The notes under the pieces are model-generated. The model saw only the letters and a program-made list of their open reading frames with translations. It had not been told where the DNA came from and searched no databases. This document shows, one piece after another, positions 1 to 10,530 of a stretch of DNA of 64,000 nt (positions are counted from its first letter, which is position 1; each line of letters begins with the position of its first letter). Source of the DNA: Eledone cirrhosa (taxonomy: Eukaryota); assembly GCA_964016885.1 (NCBI GenBank), contig CAXHJY010000456.1:62001-126000 (forward strand). The letters run 5' to 3'. Made by a program: the position numbers and the translations under genes.

Positions 1-1792
1 GCTGCTACTTATTGCACCAGAGCACCGGCCACATATAAAATCTATGTTCTTAGTTAGCTTACCTGTGATCCCACTACATCTTTTATGCACCCATACTTTG
101 CATTTGGGACATAAAATGGAGTTTCTACCTACTCCTTTCCTACACACTGAGCATGGCCATTTCCCGGATGGGACCGGTGCCCTATTTTCCTTCCTACAAA
201 CTAGAACTTTAGTCTTAGATAGGTTAATTTTAAGGCCTTTTGATTCTAGGCCATGCTTCCATGTTTGGAATTTCTTCTCTAGTTCGGCCATTGATTCAGC
301 TATGAGCGTTAGATCATCTGCATATAGGAGTTCCCATGGGCAGCCGGTCTTGAACTCCACTGTTATAGCCTGAAGGGCAATAATAAATAGTAGGGGACTA
401 AGAACGGAGCCCTGATGAACACCAACTTTTACTCTAAACTCTTCACTGTATTCATTGTTAATTCTAACCTTGCTGACTGTTTCTTTATACATGGCTTGTA
501 TAGCTCTCACAAGCCATTCATCAACACCTAGTTTTCTGAGAGCCCACCAGATAATGGAACGAGGGACTCTGTCGAAGGCTTTCTCCAAGTCGACAAAAGC
601 TAAGTATAGGGGTTTACTTTTATCTAGGTACTTCTCCTGTAGTTGTCGTACAATGAAAAGAGCGTCTGTGGTACTTTTGCCTGACACAAACCCGAACTGC
701 ATTTCATCTAGATCAATTCTCTCTCTGATTAGTTGCGCTATTACTTTTTCTGTGACCTTCATGACCTCGTCGATTAATTTAATGCCTCTATAGTTACTCC
801 TATCTAGGGCATCTCCTTTACCCTTGTAGCAGTTCATGATGATGCTGCTACGCCAGTCCTTCGGAACAACCCCATTCTGTATGACTTGGTTTACTATCCG
901 GGTGACCATGGTGTGTCCCACCGTTCCAGAAGCTTTCAGCATTTCAGCAACTATTTCCGAAGGCCCAGCCGCCTTACCCGTCTTCATATCTTTGATTGCC
1001 TTACTTATTATACTACCTTCGACTAACACTGCTGTCCCTCTATTGGGTCGATGTGGGGGAGACTGTCTTTCTCCCATTTATTCTCCTCATTTAGTAGCCT
1101 TTCGTAGTGACACTTCCAAGCTACCTTCTTATCAGCGTCAGTGATGGCAAGTACACCATCATCATTAAGTACACACTTCTCCCCGACAATATCACGGTTT
1201 TCCTTGACACATTGCCTAGCAATCCTGAACACCTCACGTTTTTGGTCCTCGCGTTGTAGAACATGCTTGAACTTTCCTTCCTCTGCTTCCCTTCTTGCGA
1301 AGTACACTTGTCTCCTAGCTTCCCTCCTGGCCACTTGATAGTCTTCTCTACTTCCCCCATCCCGCCATACTTTCCAAGCCTGCTTTTTGGCCTTAATTTA
1401 CTCCTCCACCTTACTGTTCCACCACCATGTTACTCTCCTCCTGCCTATAGGCCTGCTCCAGCCACAGACTTCATCTGCCGCCATCAGCAGGTTTGCTTTC
1501 AGGAATTCCCACTGTTCCTCTATATTGTACGACTCTAAATGCTCTTCCTTACTGTCAAAAGCATCAAGCAATATGCTTTTAAATTTATTTCTGGCTGTGG
1601 GGTCCTTTAGCTTCCATATTTTTCTCCTGAGGATAGTCCTTTTCTGCTGTCGAGTACGTCTCGTCCTGACTATGAGGTCGCTAATTATCAGTCTATGTTG
1701 GGAGGTGCATTCTTCATGGGGGAGGGATTTAGTGTTTACAACAGACACTCTGTCACGTCTTCTGGAAAGGATATAATCTACCTGGCTGGTAT
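1..1792 (-). mobile_element. RTE-clade LINE copy, 5'-truncated within the APE endonuclease region; contains RT and a PHD-type zinc finger; runs off the window's left edge
   Basis: Minus-strand translation gives TSQVDYIL, ECTSQHRL, VTWWWN, YKGKGDALDRSNYRGIKL, FVDLEKAFDRVP, GVHQGSVLSPLLF, WELLYADDL (YADD at 313-324) and CSVC..CPKC..HKRC..CGRC (22-153). One in-frame stop at 1398-1400 and one frameshift near 1035. Collinear with the copy at 12190-15273. Confidence 0.95.
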
Positions 1793-1824
1793 GTGTACAT
1801 ATATATATATATATACATATATAT

Positions 1825-4800
1825 GTGTCCTGGGTATGACATTAAACTAATCCAGTGGCAAGGCTCCAGTTCGGGAGTTCAGGAGCTGTGGGGAATGTGG
1901 AGTTACCTCTTAGTTGTCATAACTCCCAGGTCTGCTCTGGCTCGGAGTAGTAGTACCTGTTAGGACTCCATTTATGTGTTAAATAACTACCTTATTTGAG
2001 TGGCGCCGGTAAGGTATTGTCAGCCATTTAAAAGAAATATGGAGAGTCGATCTAACAGCACTAGGGTTAGAGCCCCTAATTACACTGTCAAGGAGCAGTC
2101 TGGTCGTTATGACTCTGCTGGCTTAGAGCCACAGAGAGGTCCAGTGGATGATGTATCAGCTGTCTCTGAGACAAATATAAAGAATGCAGTTTTGTCCTGC
2201 AGAAGAGCCATCAAAATGGGCACTTTGAATGTGAGGACTATTCGGACTCTGGAGAAGAGAGAGGAGTTGGGACATCTGTTCGAGGAGAGTGGTATACAGA
2301 TACTTGCGATCCAAGAACACAGGATCCTACATGATGATCCGTGAGGAGTGTGATGATTGGGGAGAGGAGCCAGCTCATCACCACATTGGCAGCGAGGAAC
2401 ATGACCAATGCTGCAGTGGGAGGAGTGGGTTTTGTTTTCAGCACAAAAACCAGTCTATTGGTGAGGGAAATAATGTCTGTCTCCCCGCGAGTGTTGAGGG
2501 TGACCTTCAATGGAAACCCAAGACTAACCGAGGGAGACAGTAATGTAAGTGCAGAAGAGTTCCATGAGGAGGTGTGTAGAGCTGTCAACACCACACAAGC
2601 ACACAACATCCTGCTTGTTTTGGGGGACTTTAATGCACATCTGAGTAAGGAGGGCAGTGAAGATCCTTGCTGGTACTTCAATAACAACACCAACCGAAAT
2701 GGAAAGCTACTGAGAGACATTCTGCTGGAAGCGAGCTTGATAGCGACCAACCTAAGGTTTAGGAAGAATCCGGGGAAGATGTGGACCTACATCTCAGATA
2801 TGCACCTGTCCAAGTCTCAGATTGATTTCATTCAAGGCTCAGCCCCGGAGAGTAATCTATGACTGGGGAGCTTTCAAGGAAGATAAGCTACAGGCGAGGT
2901 TCACAGTGGAAATGAGGAACAGGTTCAGTGCTCTGTGTGGAGAGACAAAGGAGAGAGAGATTAGATGGACTGAGGAGAGTGTGACGAGGAGGTACGGGCA
3001 CTTCACCAATGCAGTGGCGGAAGCAAGTGAAACCCTGGTGCCGAGGAAAAAGAACAAAAGGAAGCATGTCAGCTCTGCAAACCCAAAAGTGTGTGCAGCC
3101 AGAGAACACCTGAAAGCTGCCAAGGACCAATTCTATGCTGATCCTAGGGAGGAGAGGATGGAGACTGTTGAAGTGATGAGGGAAGAACTGTGTACCGCTT
3201 ACACCGAGGCCAGAGAGGAGGCACTGATAGAGAAGATCAGAAGTGTGGAGAGAGCGGTTGACAGATCTGGATGTAAGGAGAGCTGGATGATCATCAACGA
3301 GATCACAGGGAGGAAGAGAAGGTGTTCGAGTCAGATCCAGGGAACGGGACCCGAGGATAGGAAGAGGAAATGGCTAGACCATTTTAGGACCCTACTAGGA
3401 GAGCCACCCTCCACAGCCCAGAGCACTGGGGAGATCAGGCGGCTGTTTGAGGAACTGGATGTTGAGACAGAGCCATTCACCAGAGAGGAGCTTCAGAGAG
3501 CCAAGAAGAGGATCAAGGAGGGCAAGGCTCATGGAGAAGATGGAGTGGCATCAGAGGTGTGATTTTGAGGATATCATCCTGGGGTTCTGTAACCGGGCAC
3601 TGGAGAAAGGAGTTGCCCCGAATCAGTGGAGGATCAGTAACATCGTCCCAGTGCCAAAGAAGGGAGATCTTTCTAACACCAACAACTACAGGGGGATCTC
3701 ACTGACGTCACTTGTGGCAAAGACCCTCAACAGAATGATTCTTAACAGGATCTAGCCTGAGATGGAGAAGAAGCTCAGGGAAAACCAGAATGGCTTCAGA
3801 GAGGGAAGATCAACCACCAATCACATCCTGATGCTGAGGAGGATATTAGAGGGAGCTAGAGCAAAGTGCCTTCCTGTGGTCATGGTTTTCATTGACTTTA
3901 GGAAGCCTTTGATTCTGTGGACTGTCACTGCCTGATGAAGATCTTACAGGCTTATGGAATCCCCAAGAAGATAGTGGACCTGATATCACTGTTCTACACC
4001 AACACCAAAGCCCAAGTCATTACACCTGATGGGATGACAGAGTTCTTTGAGATACTGGCTGGAGTGCTCCAGGGAGATACATTGGCTCCCTACCTTTTTA
4101 TCATCGTAGTGGACTATTGTATGCGCCTTGCACTGGAGAAACACCAGGACTCTGGCTTTACTGTAGCACCGGCTCAGAGCAGGAGAGTTAAGGCGAAAAA
4201 GGTATCAGATGCTGAATTTGCCGACAATGTAGTTTTGGTGACAAATACAGTGAAGGAGGCAGAGGATTTGATGCAGGAGGTTGAGACAGTGTCGATGAGT
4301 GTGGGGCTGAGAATGAATGAGACTAAAACAAAATATCTGGTAGAGAATGTTGAGAAGCCAGAGGGGATCACTAATGTAGGCGGGAAGCCACTAGAATTGG
4401 TTGAGGGCTTCCTGTATTTGGGAACAAAGATTGGGAATACAGAAGATGATGTGTTTGAGAGGAAGAGCAAAGCCTGGGCGGCGTGCCACAGCTTGAGATC
4501 GGTGTGGAAGTCGGACCTTTGTAAAGACCTGAAGATCCGCCTCTTCATTGCTGTAGTGGAGTCTGTGCTGCTGTACGGGTCTGAGACTTGGACACTGACC
4601 AAGAAACTCACTCAGATGGTGGATGGGTGCTACACAAGAATGCTGAGGATGGCTCTGAACATTAATCAGTATACACTGAGGATGAAAAACTCAGAGCTGT
4701 ATGGGAGCCTCCAAAAAGTCAGCTCAAAAGTGACACAGAGGAGACTGAGATTAGCTGGACATGCTCACTGACATCCAGAGTTGACATTGCGCTCAGTGCT

Positions 4801-4975
4801 CCTGTGGGAGCCCCTACATGGACACACTGGACGAGGAAGACCAAGGTTAACGTATGTTGATGCCCTAAGGACAGACACTGGTCTGTTGGAGACGTAGGAC
4901 ATGGCAGCGATAATGAGGGACAGAGACCGCTGGAGAGAACTCGTTCATGGATCTCGGGAATTTTACCCGCCTTAG
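1825..4975 (+). mobile_element. Near full-length, decayed RTE-like LINE of a different family (APE endonuclease + RT, no PHD finger)
   Basis: ORF fragments 2000-2344, 2341-2862, 2822-3562, 3447-3755, 3917-4771 carry GTLNVRT/IQEHR, LGDFNAH, SQIDFI, PVPKKGDLSNTNNYRGISL, GVLQGDTLAPYLFI, FADN (degenerate YADD box), VLLYGSETW, RRLRLAGH; the frame continues past a stop to GRGRPR..DRDRWR. Several stops and frameshifts; (TA)n on both flanks. Confidence 0.93.
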
Positions 4976-4981
4976 AAAGAT

Positions 4982-4988
4982 AGATATA

Positions 4989-5050
<62 letters not shown>
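4982..5050. repeat. (TG)n/(TA)n microsatellite
   Basis: Direct reading; lies immediately 3' of the LINE. Confidence 0.95.
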
Positions 5051-5052
<2 letters not shown>

Positions 5053-5173
5053 CAATGAATTATTTAATTTGTTGATTATTCAACAAATTTAATTTATAAC
5101 AGATTAGAAGCACTCAACAATTTTTCTGTAGTATAATATTAATAAATGGAATCTATCTTTATAAAACCATATT

Positions 5174-5234
5174 TATTTTATTATATATATTTCAAAGGTA
5201 CCAAAATTTTGGTACGCTGTCATCAGATAAAATA
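5174..5234 (-). ncRNA. Mirror copy of the minimal hammerhead motif (base of stem II degenerate)
   Basis: Reverse complement reads TATTTTAT CTGATGA CAGC GTACCAAAA TTTTGGTAC CTTT GAAA TATATA TA ATAAAATA. Confidence 0.6.
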
Positions 5235-5352
5235 CAAAAATTGGTTTACAGATAGTGACATATTCAGACAAGAACTTAATAGAACCATTCAAATAGAACT
5301 CACAACATTAAGTTCTTGTCTGAATATGTCACTCTCTGTAAACCAATTTTTG

Positions 5353-5413
5353 TATTTTATCTGATGAGAGCGTACCAACATTTTTGTACCCTTGAAATAT
5401 ATATAATAAAATA
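5353..5413 (+). ncRNA. Minimal type I hammerhead ribozyme motif
   Basis: Stem I TATTTTAT(5353-5360)/ATAAAATA(5406-5413); core CTGATGA 5361-5367; stem II GAG-c-GTAC...GTAC-c-CTT; GAAA 5394-5397; palindromic TATATA stem III/loop; AUA cleavage triplet. Confidence 0.7.
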
Positions 5414-5469
5414 AATATGGTTTTATAAAGATAGCTTCCATTTATTAACATTTTTGATTTATATATATA

Positions 5470-6125
5470 TCATCATCCCATCATCATCATCGTTTAACGT
5501 CCATGTTCCATGCTTGCATGGGTTTGGACAGGAGTTTTCCCACTTGAGGCAAGAGTGGTTGTCTTGCTCGCATAGGACTGTCTGGCAGGTTTTCTACAGC
5601 TGGATGCCCTTCCTAACACCAACCACATTTACAGTGTGGGACTGGGAGGTTTTTACCGTGTTGCCTACACGGCCACATTACAGCGTGGACTGTGTTTTTT
5701 TTGTCGTGACACCTACACGATCTCATTTGTTTCGGCCTGGATGTTGTGGCACCAACATAACTTTACATTGAAAGGGGCGGTGTGGATGGGGTGGGGGTTG
5801 TGGGACGGGGGGTGTATTTTGTTAGAGATGCCTACTGACTGTAGTAGGTTTTACTTTGTATTTAGGTAAGGCGGGTCTTCTCTATTACTGAGTACCGCCA
5901 AAGATCTCGGTCCAGTGACATTGTCTTGGAGAGGTGTAAGTGTGTGAGGTCGGAATTTATCAGGTCGTCCCAGGTTTTTCTGGGTTTGCCTACTCCGTGG
6001 CTACCGTCTATCTTTATTGCCCTGCACTTTTTTATACAGCTGTCGTCTTTCATGCGCATCACGTGACCATACCAACGTAGCCTTCTCTTGAGTAAACAAC
6101 ATCTGATGCCTCTTATTTCTAATTT
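5470..6125 (-). mobile_element. 5'-truncated RTE LINE end with a long 3' region terminating in an (ATG)n tail
   Basis: RRLRWYGHVMRMKDD..GKPRKTW..DRDLWR (about 5862-6090), then two 48-bp-like units, GGTGTTAGGAAGGGCATCCAGCTGTAGAAA and CCCATGCAAGCATGG..GGACGTTAAACGATGATGATG; bounded by (TA)n. Confidence 0.8.
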
Positions 6126-6687
6126 TTCCCTATATATATATATATATATATATTGGGGGGGGGGGGGGGGGGGGTCATGTTGCCCAATAAAAAAAACACA
6201 TGCACCATATGATTTTCACTTTTTCATTATTACTAGTTATTGGTTAGTTCATAAAAGTTCTTCAAGAATTGTCTGCTCTCTTTTGTGCTTCTCCTTCTTT
6301 CTGGTGTGTGTGTGGTCTATAGCAGGAGTTGGGTTGGCAACTTTGTTTTAAAGTAGAGCAGATTGGGTGTGTTTTTATGTGTTGTGGGTCTAAGCAAATA
6401 AAAAATGAAACCATGTTCACACAAAACTATGGAAGCAGCTTGTTATTCTAATTACTGAAATGTTTGGCATTGTCAGTATTTAACAGGGAATAAAATATAT
6501 TTTTGTTTGTCTTGCTCTATTAATTTATCTCACACCTGGGCAAACTTTTGTCACCAACTGAGAGCCTCACTTTTTTATTTATTTCGAAACATTATTTCAT
6601 TTGCGGCAACTGAAAAGTGAGCCTTATTTTTCTGTGCAAAATGTTATTGTTTACTATCTGAAGATTAATAAGGAAAATAATTTTTTG

Positions 6688-6885
6688 TATGAGGTGCAGC
6701 TGAAAAGTTCATAGGCTGACCAAGGTACTCTCATGGAATCACCAAATGAGGTTTATTTTCAACATAGTTCTTGGAAAGAAACAAATGCAGTTATTAGCAA
6801 GAATAGTTGAAATTAATGCATGCAAGATTTCACAGCTGTAGCATCACTCCTTCATAGCTTATGAACTTTTCAGTCGACCCTCATA
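6688..6885. mobile_element. Tc1/mariner-like MITE
   Basis: TIRs TATGAGG..GCTGAAAAGTTCATAGGCT / AGCTTATGAACTTTTCAGTCGACCCTCATA with TA at each end; second copy at 19919-20226. Confidence 0.8.
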
Positions 6886-6929
6886 TGCAACATCACATAT
6901 TCATTGAAGTATATTAGTAAATCATATGA

Positions 6930-7400
6930 AATGAAGCTGTGTTCTAGAGTACCTCAATTTTTCACTTGACCTCCTTGGTTTTGTGTTTGTGTCTGTACTG
7001 CTGCTGCTTTATATAGAGAGAAGTGGTTCAGGGACCCACAATGCCAGATGTTTCTGCTGCTGAGGCTCTGATGCTGATTTCATCACAAGTTGTTACTGGA
7101 GAAAATATTACTGTACATTCCCATCTAACCCATGCTAGCATGGAAGATGGACGTTAAATGATGATGATGGTGATGTTGCATCCCAGATGAATTGTTTGCC
7201 ACTTCAGAATGGGAAGATAGTAATGCAATCTTGACTTTTACAGTCCCTTAAGTCGAACCCTGCTGGTTCCATCTGTGATGGAAAGCCAACTGTGTTCAAT
7301 GTACATTTATTGATCTCATTGAGAGCAACATGTAACCATATTAGAGACAGCTTCTGTCTTTTTTTACAGGAAAAAATCTTAGTATCCTTCATCTTGGCCA
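6930..7400 (-). mobile_element. Decayed CRE-like (restriction-like endonuclease) non-LTR retrotransposon remnant, interrupted by an RTE tail
   Basis: HVALNEINKCTLNTVGFPSQMEPAGFDLRDCKSQDCITIFPF*SGKQFIWDAT resembles the recalled CRE consensus RHxALN..EPxGL.R.DGKRPDGxTxFPF..GK...WDAT; AAETSGIVGP follows downstream. Confidence 0.6.
7119..7175 (+). mobile_element. Short RTE/SINE 3' tail insertion
   Basis: CCCATCTAACCCATGCTAGCATGGAAGATGGACGTTAAATGATGATGATG matches the other tails in the window. Confidence 0.75.
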
Positions 7401-8016
7401 AAATCAAAAGTGGTTATCATGTCTACAGCTTCACCATTATCTCACAAAGATTTATTTAAACAGGTCAATATATATAGTTTTTGAACAGCTTCTCAGATCA
7501 ATATAGATACACAGTCTTGGCTATAATCACTGATTAATAAACATATTTGTGATCAACTTATTATATTATTGTACTAAATGTAAAGTCTGCAAAGGCCATT
7601 AAGATATGAATGAAGAACATTTAGAAAGAAAGGTTGGAGTGCAGCAAAATTATTTTCTAATAGCTCAATAGCAGATTTATTTTTTTTATTACTCCACATA
7701 TAGGATATAGATTTCTAAAGTATTGGGTCAGAGGGAGAAGAGAGAGAGAGGGAGAGTTAAGTATAAGAAAGATCTACTTTATTGATTACAAGAAATATCT
7801 CGGTTATTTATTCAATAGACTGATTGTTATTGATTGTGGAAATTTCAACAGATGAAACATTTGGAAATATCTGTGGTTTCAGTGTCTATGATGCTGCTAC
7901 ATTATATAGGATGACTAACACACACACACACCCAAACACGCACAAACACACACATACAAAAACATGCACACAAAGAAAATGGACGCTAAATGATCATAAT
8001 GATGATGGTGAAGATT

Positions 8017-8035
8017 ATATATATATATATTTATA

Positions 8036-8066
<31 letters not shown>

Positions 8067-8206
8067 ATATGTATATATATATATATATATATATCATCAT
8101 CATCATTTTACGTCCGCTTTTCCCTGCTTGCAAGGGTGGGACATATATATGTGTGTGTGTATATACATACATACATATATATATATATATATTATATATA
8201 TATATA
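8017..8206. repeat. (TA)n microsatellite split by a ~50-bp LINE tail
   Basis: Direct reading. Confidence 0.9.
8094..8142 (-). mobile_element. Extremely 5'-truncated RTE copy (3' terminal ~50 bp only)
   Basis: Reverse complement TCCCACCCTTGCAAGCAGGGAAAAGCGGACGTAAAATGATGATG is identical to the 3' end of the LINE at about 15221-15265. Confidence 0.9.
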
Positions 8207-8599
8207 GGATTGATGGAATAAATCTCTTTCTATATTGGACTCAATGGCTTTCTGGGAGGATGTTTGGTTATCTGACTGTCTGAAATTCTTCTTCTTCTAC
8301 ATCTTACATCTATCTATTGCTCCCATCACTTCTATGTTATTGGAATATTCTCTAGTTCTTCATGGAATTCCAAGTAATTATTGGTTTGTTAAACTGAAAT
8401 ATTCTTACATTAGTTGCTTCAACCATTTCTCATCATCATATCATTATCATTGTACATCAATTTTTCTATGGCAGTGAATTGGCAGTGTGTCAGCTGAAAT
8501 GGTCTGCAGCAGTTCTTCTTGTTTCCTGTTCTCAGTTCAATCACCATCAAAGTCAACTTTGTTTTTCATCCTCTCAGTCTTCTTCTCTTTTCACTAGCA

Positions 8600-8845
8600 C
8601 TATCTATTCCTGGGAGGGACAGTCCGCAAACACTCCTTCCAGCAGGTCCTGTCAGAAGCAGCTGTCTCCAACTGTTCCAGTTGGATCCCCAAGTGAGACC
8701 AGCCAAGCTCATGGGTGTTAGCCAACCATTTTGCTTGGAGTCTACCCCTGTGTGTCCTGCCACTTGATTTTACCCATAAAATCTATCCAGTGATTCTTTC
8801 CTGAGACATTCTAACTACGTGCCCATAATATCAGAGCCATGATCT
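8600..8845 (-). mobile_element. Old RTE-type LINE 3' remnant
   Basis: YYGHVVRMSQERITG*ILWVKSSGRTHRGRLQAKW, then in a shifted frame LGIQLEQLETAASDRTCWKE, typical RTE C-terminal motifs. Confidence 0.65.
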
Positions 8846-9039
8846 TTTAATTTAGAGAAGTAGTGGAAAGACTCCCTGATCGCCGAGCTATGAGTCTATC
8901 AAATAACTTTATCCTAAAGATCCTTTGGAGGAACCCCATTGGAATCAACTTAATCGATTTTCTCCTACACCAAAATTGTTGACCTTGTGCCTAAATCTGA
9001 AACCATTATTGAAATATTTTGTTTTTTCTTCATGGACAT

Positions 9040-9200
9040 AGGCATGGCTGAGTGGTTAAGAAAATTGTATCACAATCATGAGATGTCAGGTTGATTTCCA
9101 CTGCACAGAAGCATTTTGAGCAAGTATCTTTACCATTGCCTGAAGTCAAGACAAATCTTGTGAACAACTTTCTATAGATGGGAATTTTATGGAATCCCAT
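9040..9200 (+). mobile_element. Degenerate tRNA-headed SINE
   Basis: GGCATGGCTGAGTGGTTAAG (A-box-like), GGTTGATTTCC (degenerate B box), TTGAGCAAGTATCTT (CORE-like start). Confidence 0.55.
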
Positions 9201-9839
9201 CAGATGGATTGTACTTGTAAATTCAAAGGTCCAGCCTTGTCACATTTAAAATGAAAGAAAGGTCACATTAAATAATATAGTCAAGGCTATACTGAGCCTG
9301 AAAACCTCTCAAGGAGGGTGGTCATTCTCATCAATAGAGAAAGAAATGGTTTTTAATCTAGGCTTTTTCATGGAATTTTCACATCAACTATGTTGTCATG
9401 TATGTCTGTGTGTATATATCTATATATGCATGTATGTATGTTTGTGAGTGTGTGTGTATGTATGTATTTATATATCTAGGTAAGTGTATACATGTATGGG
9501 TGTCTTTCTCTTTTAATATTTCAATTCTCTCTTTTTAGGAGAGAACTGTTTTTTAACAAAGACACAAAGAACTTTTGCTAAAATTTGAATAACACAAAAG
9601 GTGTCATATGCTAAACTTTAGAAAAGTCTTACATATTTTTATTGTTCTTCTTACAAATTGTTTTTAAAAATACATGTGCATATTTTCTTAGCCTGAAAAC
9701 CCTAGCTTTTTCAGATTACCACTTAGATATTTCCTAATATAGCCAAGTGTACAAATAATTATTAGTATAAATATGAATTTATAACCTAAATAAAGATGCT
9801 GAAAAATTTTAAGCAGTTGTCTCTAATTATTCTCATTCT

Positions 9840-10125
9840 CGTGTGTGTATATATACCTGTTTTTATGTATGTATATATATAAATGTATGTATGTACACAT
9901 TTATGTACAAATGTATGAATGTATGTACATATGCATTTATGTACAAGTGTATGTATGTATGTATTTATGCATGTAGATATGTATGTGTGTACATATTTAT
10001 GTATGTACATTTTTATGCATGTATGTACATATTTATGTATATATGTATGTATTTATGCATGTAGATATGTATGTTTGCACAAATGTGTGTATGTATATAT
10101 GCATGTAGATGTGTATGTGTGTATT
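9840..10125. repeat. (TATG/TACA/TG)n low-complexity microsatellite
   Basis: Direct reading; explains the Y/M/C/V ORFs in the track. Confidence 0.9.
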
Positions 10126-10259
10126 AAATTTACAAACTCCAAAATGTTGCATATCATAACAAACCCATGTGGTGAGATAATTTTAGATCTCTTCAAACCA
10201 GCTTGTAAAAGTAGATATCTGTATTGATGTATATTCTTCTTCTTCTGTTGTTCTTGATT

Positions 10260-10530
10260 ATGATGATGATGATACAAAGGAAGGGGAGGAAGAAGAGAGA
10301 GATGATGGGGGTTGTATTGGGCTGTAATGATGACAATGATGATGATGATACTAGGGAGGAAGAAGAAGAGAGAGATTATTATATTGGGCTGTAATGATGA
10401 CAATGATGATGATACTAGGGAGGAAGAAGAAGAGAGAGATTATTATATTGGGCTGTAATGATGATGATGATGGTTACAAAGGATGAGGAAGAAGAGAGAG
10501 AAAGTGTTGATGTATTGAGCTGTAATAATG
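10260..10530. repeat. ~60-bp minisatellite, about 4 diverged copies
   Basis: Unit approx. GATGATGATACTAGGGAGGAAGAAGAAGAGAGATTATTATATTGGGCTGTAATGATGACAAT. Confidence 0.85.

Larger units (their letters stand above)
5139..5448. repeat. Long inverted repeat with 142-bp arms (5139-5280, 5307-5448) and a 26-nt loop; probably Penelope-like pseudo-LTR derived
   Basis: Arms are reverse complements with few mismatches and no indels (paired positions sum to 10587 at both ends). Confidence 0.95.

Noticed and set aside
44-1776. Plus-strand ORFs over the first LINE, and minus-strand ORFs over the other LINEs
   Set aside because: Antisense shadows of RT coding sequence with no independent motifs.
7355-7470. 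Acceptor-like TTTTTTTACAG and short open frame as a host exon (similar site near 9538)
   Set aside because: Weak or absent donor, overlap with the CRE-like remnant, and no recognisable peptide.
7824-8283. Y/I-rich ORFs (also 9786-10403 and 20455-20874)
   Set aside because: Translations of microsatellites.
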